A DNA stretch of 64,000 nucleotides from Promethearchaeota archaeon. Lineage in GTDB: Archaea; Asgardarchaeota; Lokiarchaeia; Sigyniarchaeales; SOKP01. The notes below the pieces were generated by a model, which was not told where the DNA came from, searched no databases, and worked only from the letters and a program-made list of their open reading frames with translations. Positions 9,121 through 19,265 of the stretch are shown piece by piece. A program made the position numbers and the translations under genes. Positions within the stretch are counted from its first letter, which is position 1, and every line of letters begins with the position of its first letter. The stretch is taken from NCBI GenBank assembly GCA_048937405.1, contig JBHLNF010000008.1:64001-128000 (forward strand), in the 5' to 3' direction.

Positions 9121-12033
9121 TTAATATATACCAAATTCACGTATTTCTCGTTTAAGTTGGGGAATTTTTTCCTTGAAACCTTCTAATTTATTTTGATAAT
9201 TATTGAATAGAGTATCAAATTCTACAGCTTCTCCAATATCGATAGCTCGTACAAAATTATATGAAATTTGATGAATATCTTCAAATATTTGATCGAATTG
9301 TTCTGTGATTTCCAAGAGTCTTTTATTTTCAGTTTCACCTTGCTTTCTTACCATATTTCGAAGTTTACCACGTGGGATTCGTATTTTATCTATTAATTTG
9401 TCACATTCATTCAAAAATTCATATGCTTGCGTTTTATTTTTATCTATTAATTTAGCTTCAATTATTTCAGTTCGCCAAGTGTTTATTCTCCCTCTGGCAA
9501 ATGTATCGAAGTTCAATGAAAGTGAGTCTATTCCTTCTCTTACGAGAAATCGAAGAAAATCTGGATCATCACTAGGAGCTTGACCACAGATACCAACTTT
9601 TTTATTATATTGATGAGCTGTTTTTATTAAATGACTAACTGACCTCCTAATCGCTTCACTATTGGTATTATAATTATAAGTATTCATCAAGGGAATCATT
9701 TTTTCATTATCCCTTCCAACGCCATAGGTTAATTGAGTGAGATCATTTGAACCGATTGAGAAACCATCAAAATATTGACAAAAAATATCAGCACATAGTA
9801 TATTAGAAGGTATTTCTGCCATGACAAATACTTTTAATTCATTCTGACCACGAATTAATCCTTCACTTTCCATAATATCCATAATTTTTTTAGCTTCTTC
9901 AGGACTTCTGCAGAAGGGTAACATCGGAATTATATTTGTTAGACCCCAATCACGAGCTCTTTTAATAGCTCGTAATTCTAACATAAATGCATTTTGAAAT
10001 TCATCATGTACATATCTAGAACACCCTCTAAATCCTAGCATTGGATTATTTTCTTCTCCTTCGTAAATCCAACCACCTACGAGATTTGCATATTCATTCG
10101 TCTTAAAATCTGAAAGCCTTACCACACATTCTGCCATACTCTCATCTTCCAATTTTTTCCAAACACCAGCAGCAATGGTAGCAATTCCTTCTGCTAATTT
10201 ATGAACATAAAACTCTTCTTTATCATCGTATCCAATTGTTAATTCCCTAATTTTATCCAATGTCTGTTTTAATCTCAAAATTTCTTGGCTAAAAGGATCT
10301 TTATGATAAAGATCGCTTTTCTTTATATTTTCTATCCTTTTTCTTTGCTCTACTAGAATATCATACCTCATTATTAATGCTTCAAAATCTATTAATGCAT
10401 TTGGGTGAATTTGAATTTCATCATTTATAATAAATTCTAATCTTGCTAAGCCTGTACCATCAGGATACTTTCCAGAAGAGAGCGCTCCTTTGGGGATACC
10501 TAGATTAACCAATACTTTTGTTTTTGTATTTGGCAGTTTTGAGAATTCAACAGTATCCGAATCATATTCTACATCTTTTAACCAAATCCTCGATTCACCC
10601 TCGCTACAATCAATAGTAACATAATCTATCCCATTTCGTTGTTTCTCCTTAATAATTTGTGTGATATTGTCTGCACCAACGATAGAGGCTATATTTAATT
10701 CTCTTGAAACAATTGCAGCATGACAAGTAGGACCCCCTTTCTCAGTAATAACCCCACCAAGATTCTGCATATAAGATGTCCAATCTGGGTTTGTTTCCTC
10801 TGTAACAAGAATATCCCCTTGTTGTAATAAATAAGCATCGTTTATTGATTCTATTACTTTGACTTTCCCATATCCAATTCTTCGCCCAATAGCAATACCA
10901 GAATTTTCTACTAATAACTTTTGGTTAATTAAATCTTCAGGATCTTCAAGTAAATAATAAATTTCTTCTACATCACCTTTAATACTATGAACAGTTTCAG
11001 GTCGAGCTTGTACAATATATACTTTATTATCATTTCCAACGGCCCATTCAATATCCATTCTTTTTTTATAATGATCCCTAATTTTTTGAGCATATTTAGC
11101 TAAAGTCATAACTTCTTCTTCATTTAAGCAATACATCATTTGCTTTTCTTGAGGTACTGGTATTACTTCAGTTCCAATTTTACCGGATCCTTTAGAAAAT
11201 ACCATCATTTTCTCTTTTCTAACCAATTCTCTTCGAATAATTCTAAGATTTTGAGGACTATGCTTAAAAACAATAAATTCATCACCTTTTTCAACGCCTT
11301 GCACAATTAATTCACCTAAACCCCAAGTTCCTCTAATAACAACTACATTGGGATTACCACTATCAGGATCCTCTGTAAACATAACACCAGAAGCTTTTAC
11401 TCCTCCTAATCCCCCAGCCATTTGTTGAACTCCAACGCTCAATTTAACTGAAAAATGATCAAATCCCGCTCGTTCACGATACATTGTTGCCCTCGTGGTA
11501 AAAACTGATGCCATGTCCTTTAAAATGTATTCTAAAATTTCCTTTTCTCCAGTAATATTTAAATGGGTATCTTGTTGACCCGCGAATGAGGCATCAGGTA
11601 GATCTTCTGCTGTTGCTGAACTTCTCACAGCAAAGGTTGATTCACCACCAATTTTTTTTATTAAAGTATGATATGCATCAATAATTTCATCTGCTAGAGA
11701 GTCTGGTATTTTTGATTGTTCAATTACATATCGAATATTTGCACAAATTTTATCAACTTTTTCAACTGCTTTAATATCTTCTGATTTTAATTCATTAGAA
11801 ATCTTCTTAATATCTCTTTCAATTAATTCCCTTAAAGAAACTTCTTGTTCTTTAATTGTATAAAAATTAGTGTCTAAGACATAATCATAAGCTTTTGAAG
11901 TTGTAGCAAATCCCAGTGGGACAGAAATCCCAAAACTTAGCAGTTCTCCTAAAGAAGAATTTTTACCTCCTACTAGAGGAACATCATTTGCTCTAACATC
12001 TTCAAAAAATCTTATATAGTTATAATCAGACAT
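9121..12033 (-). CDS. ppsA: Phosphoenolpyruvate synthase (pyruvate, water dikinase)
   Basis: VGGKNSSLGE, AVRSSATAEDLPDASFAGQQDT, phospho-His motif TCHAAIVSRE, NPMLGFRG, FSIGSNDLTQ. Confidence 0.95.
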   Translation of the reverse strand: MSDYNYIRFFEDVRANDVPLVGGKNSSLGELLSFGISVPLGFATTSKAYDYVLDTNFYTIKEQEVSLRELIERDIKKISNELKSEDIKAVEKVDKICANIRYVIEQSKIPDSLADEIIDAYHTLIKKIGGESTFAVRSSATAEDLPDASFAGQQDTHLNITGEKEILEYILKDMASVFTTRATMYRERAGFDHFSVKLSVGVQQMAGGLGGVKASGVMFTEDPDSGNPNVVVIRGTWGLGELIVQGVEKGDEFIVFKHSPQNLRIIRRELVRKEKMMVFSKGSGKIGTEVIPVPQEKQMMYCLNEEEVMTLAKYAQKIRDHYKKRMDIEWAVGNDNKVYIVQARPETVHSIKGDVEEIYYLLEDPEDLINQKLLVENSGIAIGRRIGYGKVKVIESINDAYLLQQGDILVTEETNPDWTSYMQNLGGVITEKGGPTCHAAIVSRELNIASIVGADNITQIIKEKQRNGIDYVTIDCSEGESRIWLKDVEYDSDTVEFSKLPNTKTKVLVNLGIPKGALSSGKYPDGTGLARLEFIINDEIQIHPNALIDFEALIMRYDILVEQRKRIENIKKSDLYHKDPFSQEILRLKQTLDKIRELTIGYDDKEEFYVHKLAEGIATIAAGVWKKLEDESMAECVVRLSDFKTNEYANLVGGWIYEGEENNPMLGFRGCSRYVHDEFQNAFMLELRAIKRARDWGLTNIIPMLPFCRSPEEAKKIMDIMESEGLIRGQNELKVFVMAEIPSNILCADIFCQYFDGFSIGSNDLTQLTYGVGRDNEKMIPLMNTYNYNTNSEAIRRSVSHLIKTAHQYNKKVGICGQAPSDDPDFLRFLVREGIDSLSLNFDTFARGRINTWRTEIIEAKLIDKNKTQAYEFLNECDKLIDKIRIPRGKLRNMVRKQGETENKRLLEITEQFDQIFEDIHQISYNFVRAIDIGEAVEFDTLFNNYQNKLEGFKEKIPQLKREIREFGIY

Positions 12034-12144
12034 ATTAATGTATAGTCTCTTTGAATTGAAATGATGAAATTATCTTAAAATTATAATAATTCTCCTTCTG
12101 ATTATTAATTAAACTATCATAAAAAAAGTAACGCCAAAAATAGA

Positions 12145-12663
12145 TTATTTTAATTCGCTTTCAAATACGTTAAAATCAGAAATGTTATATAAGCAAAAGG
12201 CAACTTTTTCTATTTGAGTATCACCTTGTAAATATTCTTTAACTGTGTTTATCATAATTTTTGAACATCGCTCTATTGGAAAGCCGAATATACCGGTAGA
12301 TATCGCGGGAAATGCGATAGTTTTTAGCTTATGTTCATCCATTAATTTTAAACTATTTAAAGTGGCGTTTTTTAATTTCTCATCCTCGTTTCCCTCTCCC
12401 ATTCTTGGACCAACTGCATGGATTACATGTTTAGCTTTTAAATTGCCCCCATTGGTAATTACAGCACCACCTACAAAAGTCCCGCCAATTTTATTACATT
12501 CTTCTTGAATATTAGGTCCACCTTTTTTCCTGATTGCCCCAGCAACTCCTCCTCCTAATATAAGTTGGGCATTAGCAGCATTAACAATAGCATCTTTATC
12601 TAATTCAGTAATATCTCCTTGTACCAAACAAATTATAGATTCTTTTACTTTTATTTCTTTCAT
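12145..12663 (-). CDS. Macro domain protein (MacroD-type ADP-ribose hydrolase)
   Basis: GDIT, AIVNAAN, GGGVAGAI, HAVGP and PAISTGIFGFP motifs. Confidence 0.93.
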   Translation of the reverse strand: MKEIKVKESIICLVQGDITELDKDAIVNAANAQLILGGGVAGAIRKKGGPNIQEECNKIGGTFVGGAVITNGGNLKAKHVIHAVGPRMGEGNEDEKLKNATLNSLKLMDEHKLKTIAFPAISTGIFGFPIERCSKIMINTVKEYLQGDTQIEKVAFCLYNISDFNVFESELK

Positions 12664-12927
12664 TGTAAAAATTAATTATTTATTATTATTAAATTATTGA
12701 ACCTTTAAGAAATACAATTAAAATATCTTTTTTTTTGAATATGTTTTATTATTTCTTTTTTATTAAGGTTAAATTTATATTTTTAGAACTCACATTTCTT
12801 TATCTCTTTAATAAATCGATAATTTTTATTTTCTCTTAATAATTTAAATCATATATATAGTAATTAATTGGTTAATTAAGGAGATATTTAAGAAATAAGA
12901 AAAATTCTTAGTTTTCTAACAATAAAG

Positions 12928-13050
12928 ATGAAAAAAGAAGATATTTGTTATCTTTCTGCTTGCGAGATAGCAGAAAAAATAAAAACACAAGAGCTAACCT
13001 CAGAAGAAATTACCGAAACTATAATTGAGAGAATTGAAAAAATCAATTAA
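12928..13050 (+). pseudogene. N-terminal remnant of an amidase-signature family gene
   Basis: MKKEDICYLSACEIAEKIKTQELTSEEITETIIERIEKIN* resembles the first helices of amidase/GatA proteins and then stops. Confidence 0.6.
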
Positions 13051-13175
13051 GCTCTTATAAAAAAGAAAATCGATGAATTAAATTATCTTTAATCCTAAAA
13101 GAATATACTTGAACTATAATAGAGAAATTTTTTTAAATAGTTATTTATAAAAAAATTAATTAAAAAGAATCATTT

Positions 13176-13880
13176 TCATGATTCATCTTTACTCTTTTTG
13201 AATATCTCATCTAGTTTAGCCCTATCCTCATCAGACATTTTACTCATTGCTTCCATATTTTGCCGCATTAAATCCATCATTACTTTTTGCGAGACAAGTT
13301 GGTTTAATACAGGTAATGCTATTCTCATACGAGTTAATTCATAATGCATGATTTTTGCTGTTTCCCGCATCTCTTTCAAGTCATCTTTAGTCATTCCTTC
13401 TTCACCTATACCTGGACAGTCAGCATCTACTACTATAAAGTTTTTTCCATCAAATTCTAATGGATATGTTCGACAACTCAATGGACGATTTTCGTAGACT
13501 AAACATTTTTTATCATCCTTGTTATATAAAGGGCATTTTACGTCCAATAATTCTTCGATAGGCACAATACCAAATGGATCCTTAAGCTTAGATTCTTCTT
13601 CTCCCTCTTTTGGAGGTGGTGCTAAAGGTTTTAATATTAAATCAATCCCACCATCAGGTTTTTGATATATATCTAAATAGGGCATAAAATTAGCTACAAC
13701 TCCATTTCTCGCCCACATTTCTAGATCCCAAAAAGTAATAGGGATAGGCCCTCTAGCATCACAGCAGTTATCACAACGAGTACATTTAAATGAAAATTTT
13801 GCTTTTGGTTTATCATCAACAGCTTCTTTTTCATTTTCTTTTATTTCGGAATTTTGAGATTCTTTTTCTTCTTCAGACAT
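13176..13880 (-). CDS. YkgJ-family cysteine-cluster (CxxCxxCC) protein
   Basis: CTRCDNCC, CPLY, CLVYENRPLSCRTYP, CPGIG. Confidence 0.88.
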   Translation of the reverse strand: MSEEEKESQNSEIKENEKEAVDDKPKAKFSFKCTRCDNCCDARGPIPITFWDLEMWARNGVVANFMPYLDIYQKPDGGIDLILKPLAPPPKEGEEESKLKDPFGIVPIEELLDVKCPLYNKDDKKCLVYENRPLSCRTYPLEFDGKNFIVVDADCPGIGEEGMTKDDLKEMRETAKIMHYELTRMRIALPVLNQLVSQKVMMDLMRQNMEAMSKMSDEDRAKLDEIFKKSKDES

Positions 13881-14243
13881 AGAAATTTCACTTAATAATT
13901 TGATATGTTTAATTTATCATGACATAAATGAATTTAACCTAAAAAAAAAATTTTTAGCTTTAAGTTTAAAAAAATAAAACAATCATTTTAGTTCATTTAA
14001 ATTAAATAAATAATACATTTAAGTCTATTTTATTTAGCTAACTAATGAATAAAAAAATTACTATTACCTCAATACTTTAAAATAAGGAGATAGTTTTCTG
14101 ATAAAACTTAAAAACTCTGAATTTAAATAAATTAGTAGGAGATTTATTTCAAACCATAAATTTAATATAACTATCTATGTAAATTTCTATTAAATAAATT
14201 AAAAACAATATGATTTTCTATAAACACAAATTAAGGAAAAATT

Positions 14244-14837
14244 ATGTCTAAAGAATTGAGAAAAGAATTGCAAATAATGATTGAGGAAAAGTTAGGACAT
14301 CTATTTTTAGGTAATAAAAAGAAAGATGTTCGTTTATTAATGCTAAGACCAATTGATTTAATTGAATTTTCAGAATTTGCAGGAACTAATGCGGATGATA
14401 TAATAATTTGGGTTGGAAAATCTATTGGAAAGACATATGTTGAAAAATTTTTTCCTAATAAGGAATGGGTAAAAGAATCAATGGAAACAAAAATAGATGT
14501 GATCGTTGGTGTTCTTGAAGCACTGGAGTTAATGGGTTTTGGACATTTAGAACCTACATTTAAAAAAAAGGATGTTTCAATAGCAATAGAAGAACCTTTA
14601 GCCTTAGAAGAATATGATAACATCATGGCAAAAAACCTTTGTTTACTCAATCAAGGAGTTTTTACAGGAATATTTGATGCATTGCAAATTGATGTTGATG
14701 GAAAGGAAATTGAATGCGTTTTATTGGATGATGACAAATGTGTATTTAAATACGATTTACTTATTGATGAAATAGATGAAAGTCTCATAAAAAAAGAAGC
14801 AGAAAAAGTATATACTTTTTCACTACGCGACTTATAA
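14244..14837 (+). CDS. V4R / TRAPP(Bet3)-like domain protein
   Basis: VGKSIGK, LELMGFGHL, CLLNQGVFTGIF and EIECVLLDDDKCVF match the V4R pattern. Confidence 0.75.
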   Translation: MSKELRKELQIMIEEKLGHLFLGNKKKDVRLLMLRPIDLIEFSEFAGTNADDIIIWVGKSIGKTYVEKFFPNKEWVKESMETKIDVIVGVLEALELMGFGHLEPTFKKKDVSIAIEEPLALEEYDNIMAKNLCLLNQGVFTGIFDALQIDVDGKEIECVLLDDDKCVFKYDLLIDEIDESLIKKEAEKVYTFSLRDL

Positions 14838-15114
14838 AAGTAATTTTTATAATTGGATTTGAATTAATTCTATTTATTTCGGATTTTTTTATTAATAGAT
14901 GTTATTATGAATAAAATCATCTCTTTTAGGTTTTTTTTATAATATTGAACTCATTTAAAAGAGAACTTATAAACTTAGTATGTTATAATCATTCTAAAAT
15001 CTATAGTGTTAGAAGTAAATCGATAAAGTTAAAATTAATTAAGATTTCACTTTTCTAAGAAAGGTTTTTATTTCGTATTAAATATAATTTTATAAAAAAC
15101 TGCAAAAAATTGTT

Positions 15115-15345
15115 ATGAAGCCATTAATTATAAAAATGATTGGTTGGTTAATGTTAACATGTAATCTATTATTCGCTTTTGTAATAGGGATTACCATTCC
15201 ATTATTAGAATCAGAATATAATTATAATCTTGGAATTGTTATGATTCCATTACTTATCATTCTTAATTATATTATTGTAGATAGAATACATTATTATATA
15301 AAGCATTCAAAAGATAGGGAAGTCGAAATAGATGCAAAAAATTAA
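15115..15345 (+). CDS. Small two-TM membrane protein overlapping the archaeosortase start
   Basis: Two hydrophobic segments; 14-bp overlap with the next ORF. Confidence 0.6.
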   Translation: MKPLIIKMIGWLMLTCNLLFAFVIGITIPLLESEYNYNLGIVMIPLLIILNYIIVDRIHYYIKHSKDREVEIDAKN

Positions 15346-16249
15346 ACAATTGAAAGGGAGGATTAATTCATTAAGAAAAATAAAAAAACCTACAATTGAA
15401 TTTAATAATAATAAGTACATTTTTTCTATATGGTCTATACTCTTATTAGCTATTAGCGCACCTTTTTCTGCGTGGTTTATATTTTTATTCTTCGATTTGA
15501 GAATTAATTATTGGCTTCATGAGATAGTAGTGAAGCAAACTGTGTATCTCATGAATCTTTTTTTTAATATGGGGGCTGAAGCGCAATTTGCACCAAATGG
15601 AAAATATAACTGGAGATTTTTAATTCCAGGTCGAAGTCCAATATACTTTGAAACATTTTGTACTGGAATCCAGGCCATATGTATTTTTGCTGGAATTATC
15701 ATATTCACACCCCACAGTCAAGATCGAAATACAAAAGAAGATATTATTTGGAGGAAAACAAAAGCTCTTATTGTCTCATCAGTAATTTTTTATGTTGTTA
15801 ATATTATTAGAATGCTAATTCAAATTGATTTATATTATATTGGATATGATTGGAATGATATACATTTCTCAATAAGTGCAGCAAGTTCTTTTATTGCAGT
15901 AATAATTGTATTGCTAATGCACCGATGGATTCCAGAGTTCATTATCTCTATAATATATACAGGAACATTGGTAAGTGAGCCATTAAAAAAAAAGAGGAAA
16001 AAGTTAGTAAAGGAAATGGTGGAAAAAACAAATAAAGTAGATTTAAATTCAATGCGAAAAATACTAAGAATGGATAGAAAAACTTATTTAAAAGAAATGT
16101 CTGATTGGTCAAAAGATTTTGGCTATAATATTGACGGAGATTATTTAATAATTCCTTCTGAGAAAACCTTAAACTTTATAGAATTATTAATGCAAGAAAA
16201 ACCATTTCAGAAAGAAATAAAAGACTCTAGATCATCAATTGATAAATAA
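15332..16249 (+). CDS. Archaeosortase/exosortase family transpeptidase with a C-terminal soluble domain
   Basis: Multi-TM protein with a Cys-Arg-His triad pattern: FETFCTGIQ, VNIIRM, WNDIH. Confidence 0.85.
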   Translation: MQKIKQLKGRINSLRKIKKPTIEFNNNKYIFSIWSILLLAISAPFSAWFIFLFFDLRINYWLHEIVVKQTVYLMNLFFNMGAEAQFAPNGKYNWRFLIPGRSPIYFETFCTGIQAICIFAGIIIFTPHSQDRNTKEDIIWRKTKALIVSSVIFYVVNIIRMLIQIDLYYIGYDWNDIHFSISAASSFIAVIIVLLMHRWIPEFIISIIYTGTLVSEPLKKKRKKLVKEMVEKTNKVDLNSMRKILRMDRKTYLKEMSDWSKDFGYNIDGDYLIIPSEKTLNFIELLMQEKPFQKEIKDSRSSIDK

Positions 16250-16307
16250 AATATAAAAATTTTATATATTGCTTTTTTTGAGAATAATAATAAAATATAA
16301 TTTAAAA

Positions 16308-17072
16308 TTAGACATCTCTGACCTTAAATCTTAAATAGGCAATTAAAATACATGGGATAAGGTAAAGTAACGCGATTGAAATACCTAATAATGGATCAAT
16401 AATAATTTCTATACCATCAGTTTCAGTACCAAAAATCGCTTGTCCTGGTAATTCACAGTAAAGTATGAATGGGTATGGAAAATTAATAAAAGCTAATAAT
16501 ATTCCAAATGCTGCTGCTTCTACAATAAAAATTACAAAACCTATAGTCATCGCCTGACCTCCTGAACGAAAAATAGCACTACATAATAAATAAATTGCAG
16601 TATATGCTCCACCGACAATACTATAATAACCGAACCATATGAATAACTCAACTGGTATATGATTATATAATATTAAGCTAAAAATAGAAGTTTCAATGAG
16701 AGCAGGTCCAATCCAAATAATTACGCTGAAATAAGCTGCTAACGTTTTTCCAATAAAGAAATTATCCCTACTTGTTTTAGTAAAATTTGTTAATGCTGTC
16801 TTTTTATCAAATTCATCTGCTAAAATCCCTCCTGCAAAAAAGAGTGAAAGCAACATTATAAACGAGCCCAATTCTCCAACGGTAGTTGCTGCAAATAATC
16901 TTGGTTCAGAGGGAAGATAAAATATTGAAAATATTGAGATTAAACAGATAACAACTAGAGATAAAGTCATCATTAGGATATATCTCTTTTTATGAAGAAT
17001 TAATTCAAATTTAAAAACTTCAAATATTTTGCTTATCATAACTTTCTTTTGATTATCTAAATTTATTGTCAT
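16308..17072 (-). CDS. ABC-2 type transporter permease
   Basis: About six TM segments, ILADEFDKKT...GKTLA, C-terminal FKVRDV; 4-bp overlap with the ATPase gene. Confidence 0.85.
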   Translation of the reverse strand: MTINLDNQKKVMISKIFEVFKFELILHKKRYILMMTLSLVVICLISIFSIFYLPSEPRLFAATTVGELGSFIMLLSLFFAGGILADEFDKKTALTNFTKTSRDNFFIGKTLAAYFSVIIWIGPALIETSIFSLILYNHIPVELFIWFGYYSIVGGAYTAIYLLCSAIFRSGGQAMTIGFVIFIVEAAAFGILLAFINFPYPFILYCELPGQAIFGTETDGIEIIIDPLLGISIALLYLIPCILIAYLRFKVRDV

Positions 17073-18118
17073 TTCTTTTTTTGCCTCCCTCTTTTGAATT
17101 TTAAAGACAATTCACTATTTTCTATATCAGTATTAATTAAATCTAGGTATAAATCTTCAAGACGAGAAGTCCGAACTTTATTGAACCCAATAATTGGCAG
17201 TTTCATCTCAAAGGTTAAAATATCATGAATTTCTTTCCTAGAAGTAGGTTTGCCATCATAATAAATATTAAAACCTGGAATATTATCATCATAAAATACA
17301 AATTCTTTTTCCGTATCACTATTATAAGGTCTTAATTTTTGGTTTAAATCATTTTGGATTCTATTAATCTGTGTTATCGATAAAGGTTCAAGCAATTCAC
17401 ATTGAAGTTCCTTTTTTGTCATCTTTTGTTCAAGATTAGCCAATGTATTCACAGCGACTAATTTTCCATTATTTATTATAGCTATTCTATCGCAAATTTC
17501 AGATATTTCATATAGCAAATGAGAAGAAAGGAAAATTGTCTTACCAATCTTGTTGATTTTTTTCATTATTTCTCTAACATGAACCCGAGCCGCGGGATCT
17601 AATCCAGTTTGAGGTTCATCTAATATCAATATTTCAGGATTATGAACAAGACTTTGAGCTAACCCTAAACGTTGAGTCATTCCCTTTGAAAATTCTTTTA
17701 TTTTTTTGGTTTTCCATTTTAATAAATCTACTATTTCAAGAGCCCAATCAATTTGAGATTGGATTTTTTCTTTTGGAACACCTAACAATCGACAATAATA
17801 AGTAAGTATTTGGTTAGGTGTTATTTTACCATAAAATGCAGGAAGATCAATTAAAAACCCAAATTTTTGGTAAACTTTGTTAGGATATTCTATTGTATTA
17901 ATGAAATGTCCTTTTCCATCAGAAATTTCAATTATTCCTGAAGTTGGTTTAACAAGACTTCCTAACATTTTCATTGTTGTTGTCTTACCAGCACCATTTG
18001 GCCCTACAAATCCTAAAATTTCACCTCTCTTTACTTCAAGGTTTAAATTTTGTACAGCAATTAAGTCATGATATTGCTTAGTTAAATTTTTAAAATTAAT
18101 TACTATTTGATTATCCAT
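17069..18118 (-). CDS. ABC transporter ATP-binding protein
   Basis: Walker A GPNGAGKTT, signature FSKGM, Walker B LILDEP, H-loop SSH. Confidence 0.95.
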   Translation of the reverse strand: MDNQIVINFKNLTKQYHDLIAVQNLNLEVKRGEILGFVGPNGAGKTTTMKMLGSLVKPTSGIIEISDGKGHFINTIEYPNKVYQKFGFLIDLPAFYGKITPNQILTYYCRLLGVPKEKIQSQIDWALEIVDLLKWKTKKIKEFSKGMTQRLGLAQSLVHNPEILILDEPQTGLDPAARVHVREIMKKINKIGKTIFLSSHLLYEISEICDRIAIINNGKLVAVNTLANLEQKMTKKELQCELLEPLSITQINRIQNDLNQKLRPYNSDTEKEFVFYDDNIPGFNIYYDGKPTSRKEIHDILTFEMKLPIIGFNKVRTSRLEDLYLDLINTDIENSELSLKFKRGRQKKK

Positions 18119-18362
18119 AAATTACCCTCTTTTAATGATCTATAAAGTGTGTTCAATATTAGTTAAGATATTAATGATTAAGGTAATATATATAGGAAAT
18201 ATAGTCCAATTTTTTAGCAAGAATAAGAATTCACAGATTTCTAGTAATTCGTTTTATACTAATCCTAATCTAATTTATCATATTCATAAGCTTAATTTAT
18301 TATATTGTTAAAGATTATGATTTTTAATACGTATTTAATTTTCTAACTGAAATGGTGATAAA

Positions 18363-19265
18363 TTGCTGAATTTTGATAATGAACAAAAAGTAGTTCAAAT
18401 TGGAAATATTAAAATAGGTGGTCAACCAGGAGAAAATCCAATTGTTATGATTGGTACTGTTTTTTATGCAAAACATAAGGCATTATTAGATGAAAAAACA
18501 GGTGAAATTGATAAGAAATTAGTTGAAGAAGAATTAAATAATTATATAGAAATCATCGAAGAAACACAATTACAAGGTGTTATAGATGTAATTGGGGCAT
18601 ACCCAGAAGCATTGATAAAAGAATGTGAATTTATCGCAGATAATGTAGAATATCCCTTTTTAGTTGATGGACTAAATGATTCCTCAAGGATCCCTGCAAT
18701 GGAAGGATTACAGGAAATAGGATTACTAGATCGAGCTATTTTAAATAGTATTGATGAAAATACCACTGATGAAAATTTAGAGAAATTAAAACAAATTCGA
18801 GTAAAAAATGCAGTATTATTGACATTTGGAAATAAATATATATTTCCTCAGCAAAAGTTAAAATTTTTAAGAGAGATCTTAATACCCAAAACCGAGAAAG
18901 CAAATATCAAAAATATTATAGTTGATACCGCAGTTTTAGATTTACCATCAATTTCTATTAATTTTGAAACAGCAGGACTAATTAAAAAAGAATTAGGTTT
19001 ACCAACTGGATTTGCTCCTTCCAATGCAATTTATGGATGGAGTTATATTAAAAAATTTGGTGAAAATGCACGATGCGGCGCAATTGCTTCTATAATGACC
19101 TATTGTGCCACTGCTCCGAGTGATTTTATTTTATTTGGACCAATAAAATTTGCAAAGTGTACTATACCCGCTGTTGCTTTAATTTCCGGTGTAAACTCAT
19201 ATTATCAAAAAAGAGTAAAAAGACAGAAAATATCTGAACGTACTCCCTTAAAAACAATTTTTTAA
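18363..19265 (+). CDS. mtrH: MtrH-family pterin methyltransferase, stand-alone
   Basis: IGGQPGENPIVMIGTVFY, RAILNSI, VDTAVLD, LPTGFAPSNA, DFILFGPI; no other mtr genes nearby. Confidence 0.85.
   Translation: MLNFDNEQKVVQIGNIKIGGQPGENPIVMIGTVFYAKHKALLDEKTGEIDKKLVEEELNNYIEIIEETQLQGVIDVIGAYPEALIKECEFIADNVEYPFLVDGLNDSSRIPAMEGLQEIGLLDRAILNSIDENTTDENLEKLKQIRVKNAVLLTFGNKYIFPQQKLKFLREILIPKTEKANIKNIIVDTAVLDLPSISINFETAGLIKKELGLPTGFAPSNAIYGWSYIKKFGENARCGAIASIMTYCATAPSDFILFGPIKFAKCTIPAVALISGVNSYYQKRVKRQKISERTPLKTIF

Noticed and set aside
18363-19265. Methanogenesis inferred from mtrH plus hdr/vhu
   Set aside because: No mcr or mtrA-G genes here; stand-alone MtrH and Hdr/Mvh are common in non-methanogens.
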